From contig JABHZL010000121.1 of assembly GCA_018656645.1 (NCBI GenBank), positions 3,182-67,181 on the forward strand: DNA of 64,000 nucleotides. Reading direction: 5' to 3'. The position numbers and the translations under genes were made by a program. Source of the stretch: Phycisphaerae bacterium (GTDB taxonomy: Bacteria; Planctomycetota; Phycisphaerae; Phycisphaerales; SM1A02). The notes below the pieces were generated by a model that worked only from the letters and a program-made list of their open reading frames with translations, made no database searches and was not told the DNA's origin. Within the stretch, counting starts at the first letter, position 1, and each line of letters opens with the position of its first letter. Of this stretch, positions 27,415 to 37,611 are shown one piece after another.

Positions 27415-27496
27415 TATCTACTAAAACCGTTTTATAGGGCTAAAATGCATGATATTTTCGGACTTAGGGACAAACGCCCCCAAGAACCAACAACGT

Positions 27497-28930
27497 CTAG
27501 AAATCACACGATCTCGGCGCTCGAGGAAATGGAATCACGTCTCGAATATTTGTCATGCCTGTTGCATACAGGATTGTTCGCTCAAAACCGAGCCCAAATC
27601 CTGCATGCGGAACGGTGCCATACTTTCGTAAATCTCTATACCACCAATAGGGCTCGGGATCGAGACCGCATTCGGTGATGCGGCGATCAAGAACATCAAG
27701 CCGCTCTTCGCGTTGTGCGCCACCAATAATTTCACCTATACCCGGAGCAAGGACATCCATTGCAGCAACTGTTTTTTCGTCATCATTCAAGCGCATGTAA
27801 AACGCTTTAATGTCTTTGGGATAATTCATCAGTACAACTGGTCTACCAACATGTTCTTCGGTTAGCCACCGCTCGTGTTCCGATTGCAAATCACACCCCC
27901 ACTCAACATTGAAATCAAATTTCTTTCCACTATCTTGGGCATTCTTCAATGCAGTGATCGCATCGGTATATTCCATTCGTTCAAAACTCGCAGAAACAAA
28001 CCTTTCTAAACGTTCAATACAGCCCTTGTCAATTCGCTGTTGAAAAAAGTCCATATCATCAGCTCGTTCATTGAGTAAGTCTGTAAAAATTGCCTTCAAA
28101 AAATCTTCCGCTAGATCAGCATCGTCATTCAAATCTGCAAATGCAATTTCAGGCTCAATCATCCAAAACTCAGACAAATGCCGAGAAGTATTGGAATTTT
28201 CTGCACGAAACGTAGGGCCGAATGTATAGACTCTGCTTAATGCACACGCATACGTTTCAACATTAATTTGACCAGAAACAGTTAAGAACGCTTCTTTGCC
28301 AAAGAAATCTTGATCAAAATCAACTCCACCGTCATCATTTTTTGGAACATTCATCTGATCCAAAGTTGAAACGCGAAACATTTCACCTGCGCCTTCGCAA
28401 TCACTTGCTGTAATAATAGGCGTGTGTACCCAAAGAAATTGGTTGCTTGAAAAATATCTGTGCACGGCTTGAGATAAACAATCTCGCACCCGAGCGATTG
28501 CAGCAAACGTATTTGTTCGTTGCCTGAGGTGTGAAACTGTACGCAAATATTCAAACGTGTGCCGCTTTGCAGAAACAGGGTATGTGTCTGGATCTTCAAC
28601 AAGACCAACTACTCGAATCGCCTTGGCTTGCATTTCTACTGCTTGACCCTTGCCTTGCGAAGCTACGAGTTCACCAGTTGCAACAATCGAAGCACCTGTG
28701 GTCAATTGCAAAATTTCAGATTCATAATTTTCTAAATCATTTGGTGCGACAATTTGTAGCAGGTCAAAACACGTGCCGTCAGAAAGCTGAATAAAAGAAA
28801 GTCCAGCCTTAGAATCTCGGCGAGATCGAACCCACCCACTTACTGAAACTGAAGTGCCAATTACTCGCTCAGGGTCCGGAGCTAGAAGGATATCTTTAAG
28901 GGTTGTTGTGCCAAGGTCAAAAGCCATCAT
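27497..28930 (-). CDS. asnS: Asparagine--tRNA ligase
   Basis: [33 protein letters not shown] and [11 protein letters not shown] are the class IIb AsnRS pattern. I prefer the ATG at 28930 (MMAFDLG), which has AGGAG 5 nt upstream. Confidence 0.9.
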
Positions 28931-29065
28931 GTAATCTCCTGTGGTGGGGGGCAATAGTAACAGGCAACCCCCTGCCAAGACGGCAGATGAGACCTAAAAA
29001 TAGCGATCTTTGACACGCCACGCTCCCACCAAAACGGCACAGTTTTTGCTCCTAATCTAGTTGTC

Positions 29066-29548
29066 ATGAGACCAAGAGAGGACAATCGAGTTTCCGGCTT
29101 CAATCGAACGAATCATCGCCTGAATTTGCTGCTCACACGCGGTGGCTGGAGAGAAGACGCAACTGTTGTGCAACTGCCAAGTTTGCTTGAACCCATGGGA
29201 ATACGCAGTTTGACAGCAAATAGCGGCGAAGAAGCCACAAGTGTGATTGAAAATAACGTGATTCACATTGCGCTTGTTGACCTCTCACTACCACTTCGAA
29301 CTGGATGTTCAAAGGAAGCACCCGCTGGGGAGCGGATCCTGCAACTGCTCAGGAGGCTCGATTCGCCTCCACCAACAATTGTTCTTCGCCCCCGCCAAGC
29401 AAATCAAAGAGCTTCCGCTCGAAGTTTGGCACGATCCATGCAAGAAGGAGCATTTACGGTGGTTGATCGCCCCGCAAGGCTTGAAACCCTACTAGATGCG
29501 TTGCGGCGTGTGTTGCGACGCTACTATCGAAATGAATGGCCTTCGTAA
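29066..29548 (+). CDS. Degenerate CheY-like receiver domain protein (pseudo-receiver)
   Basis: The order of REC elements fits:
- Beta1 LNLLLTRGG, with RG in place of the acidic DD pair.
- ANSGEEATSVI.
- Beta3 IHIALVDLSLP, with the Asp retained.
- Beta4 PPTIVLRPR, with no Thr/Ser.
- GAFTVVDRP, with Arg where the conserved Lys sits.

The start is uncertain. Confidence 0.45.
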   Translation: MRPREDNRVSGFNRTNHRLNLLLTRGGWREDATVVQLPSLLEPMGIRSLTANSGEEATSVIENNVIHIALVDLSLPLRTGCSKEAPAGERILQLLRRLDSPPPTIVLRPRQANQRASARSLARSMQEGAFTVVDRPARLETLLDALRRVLRRYYRNEWPS

Positions 29549-29609
29549 TGACGCAAGGCTTAACAAGGAACGACCACTTCGGTCACAGAGAGAAACAGGA
29601 ATCCCAAAA

Positions 29610-29900
29610 ATGAACGTAAAACCACTCGGTGACAAACTACTTGTCCAAAGAGCAGAAGCTCAAACAAAAACTGATAGCGGAATCTACCTTCCAGAATCCG
29701 CAACTGACAAACCAAAAGAAGGAACTGTCATCGCAGTTGGTGACGGAAGACTCAACCACGATAGCGGTGAAAGAATCCCTTTCACTGTAAGCAAAGGTGA
29801 TCGGGTGATCTTCACTTCGTATGCTGGCACTGAAATTAAAATTGACAACGACGACTATCTCATCATGACTGAAGATGACATTCTCGGAATTGTCGACTAA
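29610..29900 (+). CDS. groES: Co-chaperonin GroES
   Basis: MNVKPLGDKLLVQRAEAQTKTDSGIYLPESATDKPKEGTVIAVGDG...GDRVIFTSYAGTEIKIDNDDYLIMTEDDILGIV is canonical Cpn10. The ATG at 29610 lies inside the longer track ORF. Confidence 0.93.
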   Translation: MNVKPLGDKLLVQRAEAQTKTDSGIYLPESATDKPKEGTVIAVGDGRLNHDSGERIPFTVSKGDRVIFTSYAGTEIKIDNDDYLIMTEDDILGIVD

Positions 29901-29909
29901 GGAGTTCTC

Positions 29910-30134
29910 ATGGAACGTGGACCACTTATTGAATGTCTGATCGAAATGATAGGCACAGACAAGGAACTCTCCCTTGTATTCTGGGGCGAAGATTCTCCTC
30001 TTGAAATTCGCAACGTTGAACAAGTTGAAGAACTCAGCAGTTCACAGGGAATTCGCGTTACTACAAGTGCAAACAAAATTTGGATCGACAGCTCTCATGT
30101 CTCTGCGGCATGGCAAGTGCGATCTGATCTCTAA
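29910..30134 (+). CDS. Hypothetical 74-aa protein encoded between groES and groEL
   Basis: AAGGAG lies 7 nt upstream of the ATG, and the ORF fills the 252-nt groES-groEL spacer almost exactly. The product is MERGPLIECLIEMIGTDKELSLVFWGEDSPLEIRNVEQVEELSSSQGIRVTTSANKIWIDSSHVSAAWQVRSDL. I recognise no family. Confidence 0.5.
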   Translation: MERGPLIECLIEMIGTDKELSLVFWGEDSPLEIRNVEQVEELSSSQGIRVTTSANKIWIDSSHVSAAWQVRSDL

Positions 30135-30152
30135 TCTAATAAAGGAATTAAA

Positions 30153-31784
30153 ATGACTGCAAAACAAATCGCATTTGATGTTGAAGCCCGCGAGCAAATG
30201 CTCCACGGTATTCAAAAACTAGCCAAAGCTGTAAAGACAACCCTCGGACCATCAGGTCGGGTCGTTATCCTAGAAAAATCTTTTGGTGCACCTACCGTCA
30301 CGAAAGATGGTGTCACAGTTGCAAAAGAAATCGAACTTGAAGACGCTTGGGAAAACATGGGCGCTCAGATGGTGAAGGAAGTTGCTGCGAAATGCTCAAA
30401 AGACGCTGGCGACGGCACTACTACTGCTACGGTGTACGCAGAAGCAATCTTTACAGAAGGCTTAAAGAATATTACAGCCGGAGCCCACGCAAACCAAGTT
30501 CGCCGTGGAATTGACCAAGGCGTTGGCGCAATCGTTTCTGAATTGCAACAAATGTCAAACGACGTAAAAGATTCAAACGAAATTGCACAAGTAGGCATGT
30601 GCGCAGCAAACCAAGATCAAGAAATTGGCAAAATTATTGCAAAAGCGATGGACAAAGTTGGCAAAGATGGTGTCATCACAGTCGAAGAGGGTCAAAGCCT
30701 TGAAACTGATGTTGAACTTGTTGAAGGCATGCAATTTGACAAGGGCTACCTCAGCCCTCACTTCGTGACAAACACAACAACAATGGAAGCCGTCCTCGAA
30801 GATTGCTACAATCTTGTTCATGAAAAGAAAATTAATTCAGCAAAAGATCTTCTTCCAATTCTTGGCAAAGTCGCTGAAAGCGGCAAATCACTACTTCTCA
30901 TTGCTGAAGATATTGACGGCGAAGCGCTCGCAACATTAGTCGTGAACCGACTTCGTGGTGTTCTAAAAATTGCTGCAGTAAAAGCTCCTGGATTTGGCGA
31001 CAGACGTAAAGCAATGTTGCAAGATATTGCAATTCTTACCGGCGCTGACCCAATTATGGAAGAACTCGGTATCAACATTGAAAACATCGACCTTTCAAAC
31101 CTTGGCCGCGCCAAGAAAATCACAATCGATAAAGATGCTACTACCATCATCGAAGGTGCAGGAAAATCAAGTGACATTAAAGGTCGCATCGATCAAATTC
31201 GTGCTCAAATCGAAAACACTTCATCTGATTACGACGCTGAAAAATTGCAAGAACGACTTGCAAAACTCGCTGGCGGCGTAGCTCAAATCAACGTTGGCGC
31301 TGCTACCGAAGTTGAAATGAAGGAAAAGAAAGCACGAGTTGAAGATGCACTTCACGCTTGCCGAGCAGCAGTTGAAGAAGGCATTTTGCCTGGTGGTGGT
31401 GTAGCTGTTATTCGTGCAAGACGAGCACTCGTTGCAGCACGTAAGAAAGCAAAGGGAGACGAAAAACTCGGCATCGATATTCTTGGTCGAGCGTTAATGG
31501 CTCCTATCAAACAAATCGCTGTGAATTGTGGACTCGACGGTTCTATTGTGGCACAAAAAGTTGAAGAAGCAACAGATGATGCGTATGGTTTCAACGGTCT
31601 CACTGGTGAATACGAAGATCTCGTAAAAGCGGGTGTCATTGTGCCAACAAAAGTGGAACGTGTCGCTCTTCAAAATGCAGCATCCATTAGTGGCTTACTC
31701 TTGACAACAGATTGTGCAATCACAGACATTGCAGACAATAAATCTGCTGCTGGTGCTGGCGGTATGGATGACATGGGCTTCTAA
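30153..31784 (+). CDS. groEL: Chaperonin GroEL
   Basis: [67 protein letters not shown] and the C-terminal GGMDDMGF are all present. Confidence 0.97.
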
Positions 31785-31836
31785 TTAGAACCTAGCGGTT
31801 ACATAAAGCTAAACGAATCTAACCTTTAAAAAATGT

Positions 31837-31877
31837 ACAGGGGAGCATCGATAGAAGATGCTCCCCTGTTTCAATTT
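31837..31877 (+). terminator. Rho-independent terminator after groEL
   Basis: ACAGGGGAGCATC-gatagaa-GATGCTCCCCTGT forms a 13-bp perfect stem and is followed by TTCAATTT. Confidence 0.75.
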
Positions 31878-31972
31878 GCACCGGTGATCCCCTCGGTCAT
31901 CGGCACGCACCTTCTCTTCCAAAAAGACATACGCCACATTGTGCCTAGCGGTTCCGATACACTACGCCAAAG

Positions 31973-33250
31973 ATGGCAAAAAAAAGAACACACCGCAGCA
32001 ATTACCGCCAACAGAGCCATCAAGAGTCACACGCCAATGGAGAAATCACTCCTGTTCTTCAAGGTAACCCCCATGTACCTACAGACGAGGCGCAATGGAT
32101 AGATACAAATGAGGGTATTGTCCGTATTTGTGAGGAACTCAAAGCATCAAAGATTTTTACCTATGACACTGAGTTTATAGGTGAGGATTCATATTTCGCA
32201 AAGACTTGCCTTATCCAAGTTGGCACTTCAAAAATGATTGCTCTGATAGACCCACTTGCCGCTCATGACCTTACACCACTCTACGAACTACTCTGTGACC
32301 CTGCGTATACAAAAATTGTCCATGCAGGCAAACAAGATTTTGAACCAATTACTCGGCTCTTCGGCAAACCTCCGGCAAATGTATTCGATACCCAACTAGC
32401 CGCGGGTCTCATAGGATTCCCTTGGCCCATCTCACTGACAAAACTTATTGAAGCACTCTTACACCATGATGTAGGTGGGCATTTCACCCTTACCCAGTGG
32501 GATACAAGACCACTAACAAAACGACAACTGTTTTACGCAGCAGATGATGTCAGATACCTCCTTGCGATCCACGACATCATTCAAAAGAAATTAGACTCCC
32601 TCGGAAGGCTTGAATGGATTGTCGAAGAATGCTTGTCTCTTACATCACCAAGTGCATTTGGGTTTGATCTGCAAACTTCTACGAAACGCATTTGCAAAAA
32701 TAAGACACCACGAAAGAAAGAACTCCTTCGAATTCAATCGCTCCTCACCTTGAGAGATTCCATCGCACAACAACAAAACGAGCCACCACGATCTGTTATT
32801 CCAGACGATTGTTTAATTGCAGTCGCCAGAAAACCCGCAGACACTCCTGACCAACTTGCTTCCATGAAGGGGTTCCCAAAAAATATTGCAATGAAATATG
32901 GGAAGAAAATTCTTCAATCAATTGTGGATGCACAAGATCTCTCGCCAATTACTTTGCGAAAACCTAACTCAATTGAAAAAGAAGCAAGTACAAGACAAGA
33001 ACTCGATGGGCTTTGGTCACTTTTTTGTGCTTGGTGCGTAGGTAACGAACTTTCTTCAAATCTCGTTGCAAGTAGAGCAACTTTTACTGACTGGTGTCTT
33101 GCTGTACGCTCAGATACACAACCTCCGAATTCTCCATTGACTTCCGGCTGGCGATCGCAGGTTATGCAACCTTTTTCTGCGTTTATGCAAGGCAAGGAAG
33201 AACTAAAGTTTTCTAGAGCAACATCTTTCACTGCAGAGGCTAAAAAGTGA
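31973..33250 (+). CDS. rnd: Ribonuclease D (DEDD 3'-5' exonuclease plus HRDC domain)
   Basis: Exo motifs are FTYDTEFIGEDSYFAKTCLIQVGT, HAGKQDFE and YAADDVRYLLAIHD. There is an HRDC-like segment, LLTLRDSIAQQQNEPPRSVIPDDCLIAVARKPADTPDQL. The basic N-terminal extension makes the start uncertain. Confidence 0.8.
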   Translation: MAKKRTHRSNYRQQSHQESHANGEITPVLQGNPHVPTDEAQWIDTNEGIVRICEELKASKIFTYDTEFIGEDSYFAKTCLIQVGTSKMIALIDPLAAHDLTPLYELLCDPAYTKIVHAGKQDFEPITRLFGKPPANVFDTQLAAGLIGFPWPISLTKLIEALLHHDVGGHFTLTQWDTRPLTKRQLFYAADDVRYLLAIHDIIQKKLDSLGRLEWIVEECLSLTSPSAFGFDLQTSTKRICKNKTPRKKELLRIQSLLTLRDSIAQQQNEPPRSVIPDDCLIAVARKPADTPDQLASMKGFPKNIAMKYGKKILQSIVDAQDLSPITLRKPNSIEKEASTRQELDGLWSLFCAWCVGNELSSNLVASRATFTDWCLAVRSDTQPPNSPLTSGWRSQVMQPFSAFMQGKEELKFSRATSFTAEAKK

Positions 33251-33529
33251 TGACAACTCCTTTTTATCCCCAATTAGCAATGGCTGATGCTCGGCACAAA
33301 TTTGGCTATTAGCCTTGGGGTTTTCGATACACTCATGTCTTGCTCAGGAGCATCAACTTCAAGGGAATTGTCTGAAGAAGCCCCCCAAGAAGCAGGCATT
33401 TCACAGGGACTCGTCTGATTTTCTATTGGTTTAACAGGTAGTGTCGAGCAAAGGTGGAAACAAATGGAAGAAGCAATTTCACACGCAAATTCGGTGTGAT
33501 GCTGATTATTTGGTACGCTGCAACTATTC

Positions 33530-34564
33530 ATGACCCGCGAAAGAATTATCACACCAAAAGAAGTGAAAGAAGATGTTGCTTCTGAAGACACTTCGCTCTT
33601 TTCAGGATCTCCAATCAATGTTCGACCAACGAGTTTGGATGAGTATCTCGGTCAGTCTGAACTGTTGCTACGTCTAGGTATTGCACTTGATGCAGCAAAA
33701 AAACGTGACGACCCTATGGAACACGTTTTGTTGTACGGTCCACCCGGGCTTGGCAAGACCACGCTTGCTCATGTTATCGCGAACGAATTAGGCACACGCG
33801 CATGGGTAACATCCGGTCCCGCTCTTACCAAGGGAAGCGATCTTGTTGGCACGCTTACTCGCATGGAAGCAAATGATGTCTTGTTTATTGACGAGATTCA
33901 CCGACTTCCCGCTGCGGTTGAAGAGTACATTTACCCTGCAATGGAAGATTGCAAAATTGATTTTACGTTAGATACAGGAATGCACGCTCGTGTTGTTTCT
34001 TATTCACTAAAACCGTTTACGTTAATTGGCGCAACAACACGCGCAGGTTTACTTACAGGTGCCCTGCGGAGTCGATTTGGAATAGTTCATAACCTACGAT
34101 TTTATGATGTAGGCGAACTCACTGATATTCTTGCACAAGCAGCAAAAAAACTTGAAGGCGTTTTCGTACATCGAGATGCACTGCAAACGATTGCATCAAG
34201 AAGCCGCGGAACACCTCGAATCGCTTTGCGTTTGCTCCGTCGTGTTCGCGACTACGCAGACGTTCGTTGCGATGGAGACTTCAGCGGCGAAGTTGTAAAT
34301 GCTGCACTTTCACTTGAAGGCATTGATGAAGTTGGCATGGACGCACTGGACCGCGCTTATATGGAAACAATTACAAACATCTATGAGGGCGGACCAGTTG
34401 GCGTTGAAGCAGTTGCAGCATCGATGGGGGAAGACGCTGGAACGTTACAAGACGTTGTGGAGCCATACCTCCTTCAAGCGGGTTTTCTCGCAAGAACCCG
34501 CCAAGGAAGGCAAATAACTCCCAAAGGTCTTGAATGGCTTAAAATAGGCAAAAATAGCCCTTAA
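33530..34564 (+). CDS. ruvB: Holliday junction branch migration helicase RuvB
   Basis: RPTSLDEYLGQ, LLYGPPGLGKTTLAHVIANELG, VLFIDEIHRL and RGTPRIALRLLRRVRDYA are present. Confidence 0.95.
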   Translation: MTRERIITPKEVKEDVASEDTSLFSGSPINVRPTSLDEYLGQSELLLRLGIALDAAKKRDDPMEHVLLYGPPGLGKTTLAHVIANELGTRAWVTSGPALTKGSDLVGTLTRMEANDVLFIDEIHRLPAAVEEYIYPAMEDCKIDFTLDTGMHARVVSYSLKPFTLIGATTRAGLLTGALRSRFGIVHNLRFYDVGELTDILAQAAKKLEGVFVHRDALQTIASRSRGTPRIALRLLRRVRDYADVRCDGDFSGEVVNAALSLEGIDEVGMDALDRAYMETITNIYEGGPVGVEAVAASMGEDAGTLQDVVEPYLLQAGFLARTRQGRQITPKGLEWLKIGKNSP

Positions 34565-34894
34565 CTTCGTGTCTTTTAAAGGGTTATGATCTTATATTTG
34601 CCTATAAAAAAACGTTTTATTTAAAGAAAACCCATTTTTTCTCTATTTTCCTCTTGGCATTTAGCAGATTATCGACCATGCTATGGTTGGTCGATCAGGC
34701 TAGCGCAGTCTGAGGTGGTTTGGCAGATCTCGATCACATGTCTCCGATCTGCACCCCACGGTGGGTAATTTAGCCTACCATACAAGATTATCGCACTTTA
34801 AATACGCATTATGCGTTCCTTAATTAGCGATAAACAGGAACCCGCCCGTAGGGCATACCGTATATATCTGTAGCGCAAAAAAAGGAACCGTGCA

Positions 34895-36061
34895 ATGAAC
34901 AAAAAACAAAACAACAAATATGGTTTTACCATCGTTGAACTCTTGGTGGTCATCTCGATCATCGCATTACTTGTGGGCATTCTTGTCCCCGCAGTGAACA
35001 AAGCAAGAGACACCGCAAAAATGACACAATCGAAGAGTAATCTTCATCAAGTCACAATTGCAATGTCAAACTACTCTGCTGACTGGAATGGTGACCACTT
35101 CACCACCGCACCACCAAATCTATCTTCGGGTGATCGGCGTGGACAAACTGTTGATTATGCAATCAACGAAATTCGTGGTGGTTCTACACCAATCGGCATT
35201 CGACTAGGTGAACACTCCCAAGGCAACCAAACGTATGTGTTCTTCCTTAATAATGAAGAAGGCGTCGTTCCTTACATTTTCGCAAGTGGTAATACAGATA
35301 CAAGCGGGATGAGCCCAGCAATGCCAGGCTTTGGTACATGGCGATATCCAAATGCACTCCAACTTGCTGAATACATGAACGGACTTCCGCTTCATAAAGC
35401 ATACTTTTCACCAAAAGACACTGTTGCACTTCGGACACTTGAAGGTTGCGACGCCCAAAATGGCTCATACTGCGTCTCAAGCCGTGGAGCATCCATTTGG
35501 GGTTGGAATCCTCCTTCATGGAACTCAAACATGATCTTGGCTCCTTCAAGTTACTGCATTTCGCCTGCATTGATGTACAACGCTCAAGTGTATGCTTGGG
35601 ATGACGATGCAGGTATCACATTTACAGACCCAATGGATATCAATACTGGCTTCCGCCCAAGTACGATTGATCAAGCTCAATTTCCAAACCTCAAATCATG
35701 GCTCATGGAGCACAACTGGCTGCAAAATTCAGTAACTGATTGCAGCATGAACTGGGAAGGCACTTGGTTTAATGGACTTGATAGTTGCTGGGACGGTTGC
35801 GAACCATTCCACTTCAACAACTCATATAAATCAGCTCCAATTACTGCCTACACAGATGGTCACGTAGGTACATTCGAAGTTGCTCAAGCAGACCGCGACA
35901 GCGCACTCGTTGCTACTGAAAACGGAATGGGTCTATGGCACACTGAGACTGGTGATGGCGCTGGTGGATATTTCACTGGTTATGGTTCTGACTGGGTATC
36001 ATGGTCCGGCCACACCCACACAACAAATGGTATTAAGGGTCGAGATATTCTCGGCAAGTAA
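34895..36061 (+). CDS. DUF1559 protein with prepilin-type N-terminal cleavage/methylation domain
   Basis: The N-terminus is MNKKQNNKYG/FTIVELLVVISIIALLVGILVPAVNKARDTAKMTQSKSNLHQVTIAMSNY, with Glu at +5. This is typical of planctomycete DUF1559 proteins. AAGGA lies upstream of the ATG. Confidence 0.8.
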   Translation: MNKKQNNKYGFTIVELLVVISIIALLVGILVPAVNKARDTAKMTQSKSNLHQVTIAMSNYSADWNGDHFTTAPPNLSSGDRRGQTVDYAINEIRGGSTPIGIRLGEHSQGNQTYVFFLNNEEGVVPYIFASGNTDTSGMSPAMPGFGTWRYPNALQLAEYMNGLPLHKAYFSPKDTVALRTLEGCDAQNGSYCVSSRGASIWGWNPPSWNSNMILAPSSYCISPALMYNAQVYAWDDDAGITFTDPMDINTGFRPSTIDQAQFPNLKSWLMEHNWLQNSVTDCSMNWEGTWFNGLDSCWDGCEPFHFNNSYKSAPITAYTDGHVGTFEVAQADRDSALVATENGMGLWHTETGDGAGGYFTGYGSDWVSWSGHTHTTNGIKGRDILGK

Positions 36062-36095
36062 ACCCAAAGTTTTTACTTTTTTTGCGTATACACGA

Positions 36096-36126
36096 GAAAA
36101 CCGCGTCTCTGACGCGGTTTTCTTTT
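36096..36126 (+). terminator. Rho-independent terminator after the DUF1559 gene
   Basis: GAAAACCGCGTC-tct-GACGCGGTTTTC is followed by TTTT. Confidence 0.8.
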
Positions 36127-36213
36127 GCGCAGCGCGTATACCTTTATACACTGTGCGATTTCAAACACTTCCGCCTGAAAACAACCCCGCGGGTTGTTTT
36201 GTACAATGCATAT

Positions 36214-37611
36214 ATGCCTCAAACACAAGAATGTCTACCAAGGGCTCTGAACTCCGTCCTCGATCTCGTTGGAAACACACCGCTTCTCAAGGTACACACA
36301 CTAGACACTGGGAAATGTGAACTATTCCTCAAAATGGAATCACAAAATCCTGGGCAATCGATCAAAGATCGTATCGCTATCACAATGATCGAAAAAGCTG
36401 AACGTGAGGGACATCTCAAAAAAGGCGTTCGGATCATTGAAGCAACTGCAGGAAACACAGGTATCGCACTTGCACTTATCGCTTCTCAAAAGGGATATGA
36501 AATAACTGTTGTTGTTCCTGACAAAATGAGCGAAGCAAAAATTGACCACCTTAGGGCAATGGGCGCAGGTGTTATCATGGCTCGAAGTGATGTTGAAAAA
36601 GGACATCTGGAATATTACCAAGATGTTGCAAAACGACTTGCTGATGAGAACGGATGGTATTACATCAATCAGTTTGAAAACGATGCAAATGTTGAGGCTC
36701 ACTACACAACCACTGCCCCCGAACTTTGGGAACAAATGGATGGAAAAATTGATGCAGTTGTTGCAGGTGTTGGTTCTGGCGGAACAATCACTGGGCTAGG
36801 GCGGTATCTCAAAGAACAGAATCCAGAAATCGAAATCATTCTTGCTGATCCTGAGGGTTCTATCGTTGCCCCACTCGTTAATGATGGAACAAAAGTTTCA
36901 CCTGGCGCATGGCTTGTTGAAGGAATTGGTGAAGATTTCGTTCCACCTATTACTGATTTAGATGTTGTCACAAGTGCAATTGCCATCAGTGACAAAGAAT
37001 CATTTGAAACTGCCAGAGCATTACTAAAAGCTGAAGGTATTCTTGCTGGCTCTTCAACAGGCACTCTCCTTGCAGCGGCGCTTCGCTGGTGCAGTCTACA
37101 AACAGAACCTAAACGCATAGCTACATTTGTTTGTGATCACGGATCAAAATATCTTGGAAAAATGTTCAATGATTACTGGATGCTTGACCAAGGGTTTCAA
37201 GATCGTAAATCCTATGGAAATCTAAGAGATCTCATCAGTCGCCGCCATGAACGAAAAGAAGATCACACATTAGCTCCAAATCAACCACTCATCCAAGCGA
37301 TCAAAACGATGCGCTTATATGACATCAGCCAACTTGCAGTCGTCGATGCCCAAGAAAACGTTGTTGGCATTATTGATGAATCAGATGTTCTTCTTGCAGT
37401 TGCGAAAAATAAAGATAACTTTCAAAACCCCTGTTGTGATTTCATGACAACTGATCTTGATACTATCAGAGCGGACGCTTCAATCGATGAACTCGTTCCA
37501 CTCTTTGCAGAAGATAAAGTTGCAATCGTTCTTGATGAAACCGATAATTTTCTTGGTCTCATCACTAAAATAGATCTCATTAACCATTTACGTAGGCAGT
37601 TACCACGTTGA
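36214..37611 (+). CDS. Cystathionine beta-synthase (PLP cysteine-synthase fold plus C-terminal CBS pair)
   Basis: The ATG at 36214 gives MPQTQECLPRALNSVLDLVGNTPLLKV...ESQNPGQSIKDRIA...EATAGNTGIALA...GVGSGGTITG. The C-terminal CBS-domain-like pair is IKTMRLYDISQLAVVD...LVPLFAEDKVAIVLDE. A PLP synthase with a CBS pair is the CBS architecture. Confidence 0.8.
   Translation: MPQTQECLPRALNSVLDLVGNTPLLKVHTLDTGKCELFLKMESQNPGQSIKDRIAITMIEKAEREGHLKKGVRIIEATAGNTGIALALIASQKGYEITVVVPDKMSEAKIDHLRAMGAGVIMARSDVEKGHLEYYQDVAKRLADENGWYYINQFENDANVEAHYTTTAPELWEQMDGKIDAVVAGVGSGGTITGLGRYLKEQNPEIEIILADPEGSIVAPLVNDGTKVSPGAWLVEGIGEDFVPPITDLDVVTSAIAISDKESFETARALLKAEGILAGSSTGTLLAAALRWCSLQTEPKRIATFVCDHGSKYLGKMFNDYWMLDQGFQDRKSYGNLRDLISRRHERKEDHTLAPNQPLIQAIKTMRLYDISQLAVVDAQENVVGIIDESDVLLAVAKNKDNFQNPCCDFMTTDLDTIRADASIDELVPLFAEDKVAIVLDETDNFLGLITKIDLINHLRRQLPR

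Noticed and set aside
27194-27440. Cobalamin riboswitch in the leader of the B12-binding-domain gene, and likewise in the nrdJ leader and the post-nrdJ region.
   Set aside because: I could not find a B12 box (GCCACTG-type core) or the GGTGxxAAxxCC element on the relevant strand in any of the three regions.
28979-29609. CIRCE/HrcA operator upstream of groES.
   Set aside because: No TTAGCACTC-N9-GAGTGCTAA-like inverted repeat is present upstream of either the receiver-like ORF or groES.
29974-30156. Alternative 60-aa ORF in the groES-groEL spacer.
   Set aside because: It is out of frame with, and mostly nested in, the 74-aa ORF that has the strong AAGGAG SD. It has no SD of its own and overlaps the groEL start.
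33274-33618. 114-aa minus-strand ORF covering the rnd-ruvB spacer; it could start at the ATG at 33531, sharing TCATGA with ruvB.
   Set aside because: It overlaps the ruvB 5' end. It is Cys/Ser-rich with no recognisable domain or SD. It remains possible as a small protein, but I cannot support it from the sequence alone.
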